37,287 nt of DNA from a virus (taxonomy: Duplodnaviria > Caudoviricetes). The position numbers were made by a program, and so were the translations under genes. Location: IMG/VR virus record IMGVR_UViG_3300030106_004177, positions 1 through 37,287 of that record; one strand, 5' to 3'. Within the stretch, counting starts at the first letter, position 1, and each line of letters starts with the position of its first letter. A model generated the notes under the pieces. That model searched no databases. It saw nothing but the letters and a program-made list of their open reading frames with translations, and was not told the origin of the DNA. Shown piece by piece: positions 34,004-37,287 of the stretch.

Positions 34004-34387
34004 ATGGCACATGGCGGCCCAAGGCCGAATTCTGGGCGAAAAAAAGGTAGTAAAAACGTCAAATCAATTGAGATAGCTAACCGTTGTGCAGAAGAGGGAA
34101 TAACGCCTTTAGAATATATGCTCAACATTATGCGTGATCCAACGCAAGAATTTGACACACGTATGGATGCCGCGAAGTCAGCCGCGCCATACATTCACCC
34201 TAAACTTGCATCAGTCGAACAGAAAGTAGAAGCAGAGGTAAACGGTTCAATATATGAATGGCTCACAAGATCAGTGGCAGAGGCTGGGCAGAGCGTGGTC
34301 GCAGAACCCAACGATGTTCGTGGAACAGACGTTGAAGGTGACGCCGGAGAAATGGCAAGCGGAAGCACTGACAGCACTATGCACTGA
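34004..34387 (+). CDS. terS: Terminase small subunit
   Basis: GG.RPNSGRKKGSKN, TPLEYML..M and R.DAAK.AAPYIHPKL; overlaps terL. Confidence 0.8.
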   Translation: MAHGGPRPNSGRKKGSKNVKSIEIANRCAEEGITPLEYMLNIMRDPTQEFDTRMDAAKSAAPYIHPKLASVEQKVEAEVNGSIYEWLTRSVAEAGQSVVAEPNDVRGTDVEGDAGEMASGSTDSTMH

Positions 34388-35636
34388 AGACCGCATAGCT
34401 GTCAGGTCAGGTCACGGTGTAGGCAAGTCAGCATTTAGCGCATGGTCAATACTTTGGTGGATGTATACCAAATCACCGTCTAAGATTGCAGTGACAGCGC
34501 CGACAAGTCACCAATTGCAAGACATACTTTGGTCAGAGCTAGCAACGTGGCACAGGAAAATGCCGAAAGCGTTGCAAGATTTATTTGAATTGACTGCAAC
34601 ACGATTTTATTTGAAATCACAACCTGACACAGCATTTGCAGTGCCAAGGGTTAGCCGTCCAGAGAAGCCCGAAGCTTTCCAAGGTTTTCACAGCGATAAT
34701 ATGTTGTTTATCGTAGACGAGGCTTCTGGGGTAGACGAGGTAATTTTTGAGGTAGGTCAGGGCGCTATGTCAACCAAGGGCGCTAAGACGTTGATGGTTG
34801 GCAACCCTACAAGGACAAACGGTTATTTCTTTGACGCATTTAATCAGCAACGAAGCAACTGGTGGACAAAGCGTGTTAGTTGTGCAGAAAGCACAAGGGT
34901 CGATCCCAGCTTTATAAAAGAAATGGCATCTAAGTATGGTGCTGACAGCGCAATATACGCCGTCAGGGTGCTTGGAGACTTCCCAGAGCAATCAGATGAC
35001 GCAATCATCTCTTTGTCGCTCTGTGAGGCCGCTATACGTCGAGATGTAGAGCCGCTAATGGGTCAGCCCACATGGGGCTTGGACGTGGCAAGGTTTGGTG
35101 ATGATCAAACGGCTTTAGCCAAACGTCAGCGCAATGTGATGTTAGAGCCAGTAAAAAGCTGGCGTAACAAGTCAGTGACACAGGTTGCTGGCATAGTAAT
35201 AGACGAATACTTGCAAACGCCGTCATCAGAGCGCCCAGCTAAGATACTGATTGACTCGATAGGCGTAGGCAGTGGCGTGGTTGACATACTGCAAGATGAA
35301 GACTTGCCAGCTATTGGAATAAACGTAGCAGAAAGCCCAAGTGTCAGGGCTAGATATATGCGGCTACGTGATGAATTGTGGTTCAAAGGCCGCGAATGGT
35401 TAGAGGCCAGAGACTGCAAGATGGTCGATGATCCAGATTTAATAGGTGAGTTGACTGCCCCACGTTATGCAATGACAGCAAGCGGCAAAATACAGGTAGA
35501 GCCAAAAGATAAAACAAAGCAACGTTTGGGTGGCTCACCAGACCTAGCAGACGCATTTTTACTTACGTTTGCATCGCCTGATCATCGTGTAAGCGAAGAT
35601 CATTACTACGAAACCGACTATTACGAGGATAGTTAA
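34254..35636 (+). CDS. terL: Terminase large subunit
   Basis: Walker A RSGHGVGKS, Walker B FIVDEA, GNPT, and nuclease motifs GLDVARFGDD, IDSIGVG and SPDLADA. Confidence 0.95.
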   Translation: MNGSQDQWQRLGRAWSQNPTMFVEQTLKVTPEKWQAEALTALCTEDRIAVRSGHGVGKSAFSAWSILWWMYTKSPSKIAVTAPTSHQLQDILWSELATWHRKMPKALQDLFELTATRFYLKSQPDTAFAVPRVSRPEKPEAFQGFHSDNMLFIVDEASGVDEVIFEVGQGAMSTKGAKTLMVGNPTRTNGYFFDAFNQQRSNWWTKRVSCAESTRVDPSFIKEMASKYGADSAIYAVRVLGDFPEQSDDAIISLSLCEAAIRRDVEPLMGQPTWGLDVARFGDDQTALAKRQRNVMLEPVKSWRNKSVTQVAGIVIDEYLQTPSSERPAKILIDSIGVGSGVVDILQDEDLPAIGINVAESPSVRARYMRLRDELWFKGREWLEARDCKMVDDPDLIGELTAPRYAMTASGKIQVEPKDKTKQRLGGSPDLADAFLLTFASPDHRVSEDHYYETDYYEDS

Positions 35637-35762
35637 ATGGCAATGTACAAGAAGAAAACTACCAAGCGTAAAGGGCCAGCACCATCAGGCCGTATGATTA
35701 CGAGGGGTAGAGGAATGTATCAAAACACTCGTGGTATGAACCCAACAAAGAAGAAAAGGTAA
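35637..35762 (+). CDS. 41-aa basic peptide (not in ORF track)
   Basis: MAMYKKKTTKRKGPAPSGRMITRGRGMYQNTRGMNPTKKKR; GAGGA RBS. Confidence 0.65.
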   Translation: MAMYKKKTTKRKGPAPSGRMITRGRGMYQNTRGMNPTKKKR

Positions 35763-35768
35763 ATAACA

Positions 35769-35810
35769 ATGCCATATCATAAAAAGAAAAAAGGCGGCAA
35801 AAAGAAATGA
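35769..35810 (+). CDS. 13-aa poly-lysine micropeptide (not in ORF track)
   Basis: MPYHKKKKGGKKK; AAAGGT RBS; stop overlaps the next start (ATGA). Confidence 0.5.
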   Translation: MPYHKKKKGGKKK

Positions 35811-35986
35811 CAACCATTTCATTCAAGTCGCTTGTGTTAGAGGCCGACAGGGATTTTTACGAAAAAGCTTACTACCCTTGGGTCTACAAGTTTGGCAAGC
35901 CGTCAGACACATATGATGCAGACCAATCAGGTCGCTACTTTGTGCAAGGTGAGCCACGTGCAGGGCAGAAGTATGGATGGAAGTGA
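35807..35986 (+). CDS. 59-aa hypothetical protein (not in ORF track)
   Basis: MTTISFKSLVLEADRDFYEKAYYPW...KYGWK; fills the operon gap with overlaps at both ends. Confidence 0.55.
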   Translation: MTTISFKSLVLEADRDFYEKAYYPWVYKFGKPSDTYDADQSGRYFVQGEPRAGQKYGWK

Positions 35987-36305
35987 GAACGTCACGATTT
36001 ATCGTGATGTAGCTGGTGTACCTACGCCGACAGAGATGAATATGGCATCACGTGCGGCGGCACAACTTGACAAGCATTACACAGGTTATAGATGGCAAGT
36101 GGCAGTGCGTGGCGCTGTTGCTATCGTGCGTAATCCAGCATTAAGCGCAGACATGGGTTACTTCATAAATTTAAACGATCCTAGCGTTACTTTCGAAGAC
36201 GCAATAATGAGGGCTGGCGGCGAAATACTAGAGCGTCACAATTTACGGCGCGGCAATGTAGACGTGGCGGCATATGCTGAAGAAGCCAGTAAGAGTCCTT
36301 GGTAG
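35973..36305 (+). CDS. Conserved-looking hypothetical protein upstream of portal, 110 aa
   Basis: L.KHY.GY.W.V...LS..MG...RAGGEILER pattern; start set at ATG 35973. Confidence 0.65.
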   Translation: MDGSENVTIYRDVAGVPTPTEMNMASRAAAQLDKHYTGYRWQVAVRGAVAIVRNPALSADMGYFINLNDPSVTFEDAIMRAGGEILERHNLRRGNVDVAAYAEEASKSPW

Positions 36306-36315
36306 GGAATAAGAA

Positions 36316-37287
36316 ATGCGTATTACAGACGGTTCAGCCGACTCAAAGCTTATGGACTATGAGGTTGATGATGATGGCGAAGGTCTATCACCAGAAGATG
36401 ACACCGATTGGTTAGAGTTAAGCCGTAGTTGTTATGACAATGCTGTTGACTATGTGCAAGCGGCTCATAGGGATGATTGGGAACGCAACTTAAATCTGTT
36501 TAACAACGAACACCCAGCAGGGTCAAAATATAACTCAGACGCATTTAAACGACGTTCCAGACTGTTTAGGCCAAAGGTCAGGTCATATGTAAGAAAAAAC
36601 GAAGCAGTCACTGCACAGGCGTTTTTTAGCACCAATGACGTGGTTAACATATCTCCGCAAAATGACAACGATCCTAACCAGTTAGCGTCTGCTGGCATCA
36701 TGCAAGAGTTGCTGAATTACAGACTGCAAAAGACAATACCTTGGTTTAGGTTGCTGGTTGGCGCAAGACAGACAGCCGACATTTACGGCATCACAGCCGC
36801 CAAGATCTTCTGGCATTATGCTGAAGCAGAGGACGGCGAAGAGGTGGTAGCTGACGAAAATGGTATGCCAATCATCAATGATAAAGGTGACATTGACGTA
36901 CAGCCCCGCATGACGGTGGTAAAAGATGAGCCTGTGATAGAGCCAATAGAGCCAGAAAACATTTTGTTTGATCCAGCGGCTGATTGGTTAGACCCTGTTG
37001 GCAGTAGCCCATATCTCATAGTCAGACGGCCTATGTTTGCTATCGACGTAAAGCAGATGATGGTTGATGCAGACCCCAAGACAGGCCAGCCAGCATGGAA
37101 AGAACTGGATGATGCTACGCTACAGCAAGGCAAAGAAGAGGATGCCGCTGACTTAGACGATGCACGTAATATGTTTGATGGCCCAAGCAGACGTGACACA
37201 GACGCACCGATTGATGACTATGAAGTTGTGTTTGTGCATGAGAACTTTGTAAAGCGCGGCGATCAAGACTACCACTATTACACGCTG
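36316..37287 (+). CDS. Portal protein, N-terminal part (runs off the contig end; absent from ORF track)
   Basis: AGGGA RBS; MRITDGS...W...F...H..GSKY...RSRLFRPK..., open for 324 codons and in frame with the repeat shared with 2-1516. Confidence 0.9.
   Translation, partial: MRITDGSADSKLMDYEVDDDGEGLSPEDDTDWLELSRSCYDNAVDYVQAAHRDDWERNLNLFNNEHPAGSKYNSDAFKRRSRLFRPKVRSYVRKNEAVTAQAFFSTNDVVNISPQNDNDPNQLASAGIMQELLNYRLQKTIPWFRLLVGARQTADIYGITAAKIFWHYAEAEDGEEVVADENGMPIINDKGDIDVQPRMTVVKDEPVIEPIEPENILFDPAADWLDPVGSSPYLIVRRPMFAIDVKQMMVDADPKTGQPAWKELDDATLQQGKEEDAADLDDARNMFDGPSRRDTDAPIDDYEVVFVHENFVKRGDQDYHYYTL
36924..37287 (+). repeat. Terminal direct repeat, right copy
   Basis: Matches 1-364 with 21 synonymous substitutions. 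Confidence 0.97.

Larger units (their letters stand above)
1..37287. mobile_element. Complete circularly permuted tailed (podovirus-like) bacteriophage genome, unit length about 36,923 bp
   Basis: Contains terminase, portal, capsid, tail, lysis, recombination and replication genes and no host housekeeping block. The two ends overlap by 364 nt within the portal gene. Confidence 0.95.

Overview
The window is a near-certainly complete, circularly permuted ~36.9 kb tailed phage genome with podovirus-type morphogenesis genes. The host is probably a marine alphaproteobacterium, inferred from the SSB, a DUF6456-like regulator and a DnaA-domain-IV protein. The contig is cut inside the portal gene: 1-364 repeats as 36924-37287 with 21 differences, all synonymous. 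The late module on + runs terS, terL, portal, an ADP-ribosyltransferase-like protein, scaffold, N4-gp56-type major capsid, GT9 glycosyltransferase, adaptor, tail fibres, nozzle, ejection proteins and a lysis cassette. A recombination operon on - encodes a YqaJ exonuclease, a putative annealase and SSB. A lambdoid-style replication operon encodes a Cro-like protein, an initiator with internal iterons, a DnaA-IV protein, a methyltransferase and a Q/GafZ-like regulator, and is followed by small early-gene cassettes. I recognise no integrase, CI repressor, polymerase, helicase, tRNA or CRISPR array. The most notable unannotated element is a structured ~205-nt RNA (about 33555-33761) between a sigma70 promoter and a terminator, just ahead of the late genes. 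It carries four anti-Shine-Dalgarno motifs, one complementary to an extended RBS (TTTGGAGAA) shared by six non-structural genes. Other notable items are a 34-aa metallothionein-like ORF after the endolysin, an inverted decayed copy of a late basic-protein gene inside an early ORF, and a split ejection protein ending in a G|CWVAR domain. All family calls come from motif recognition by eye, not database searches.
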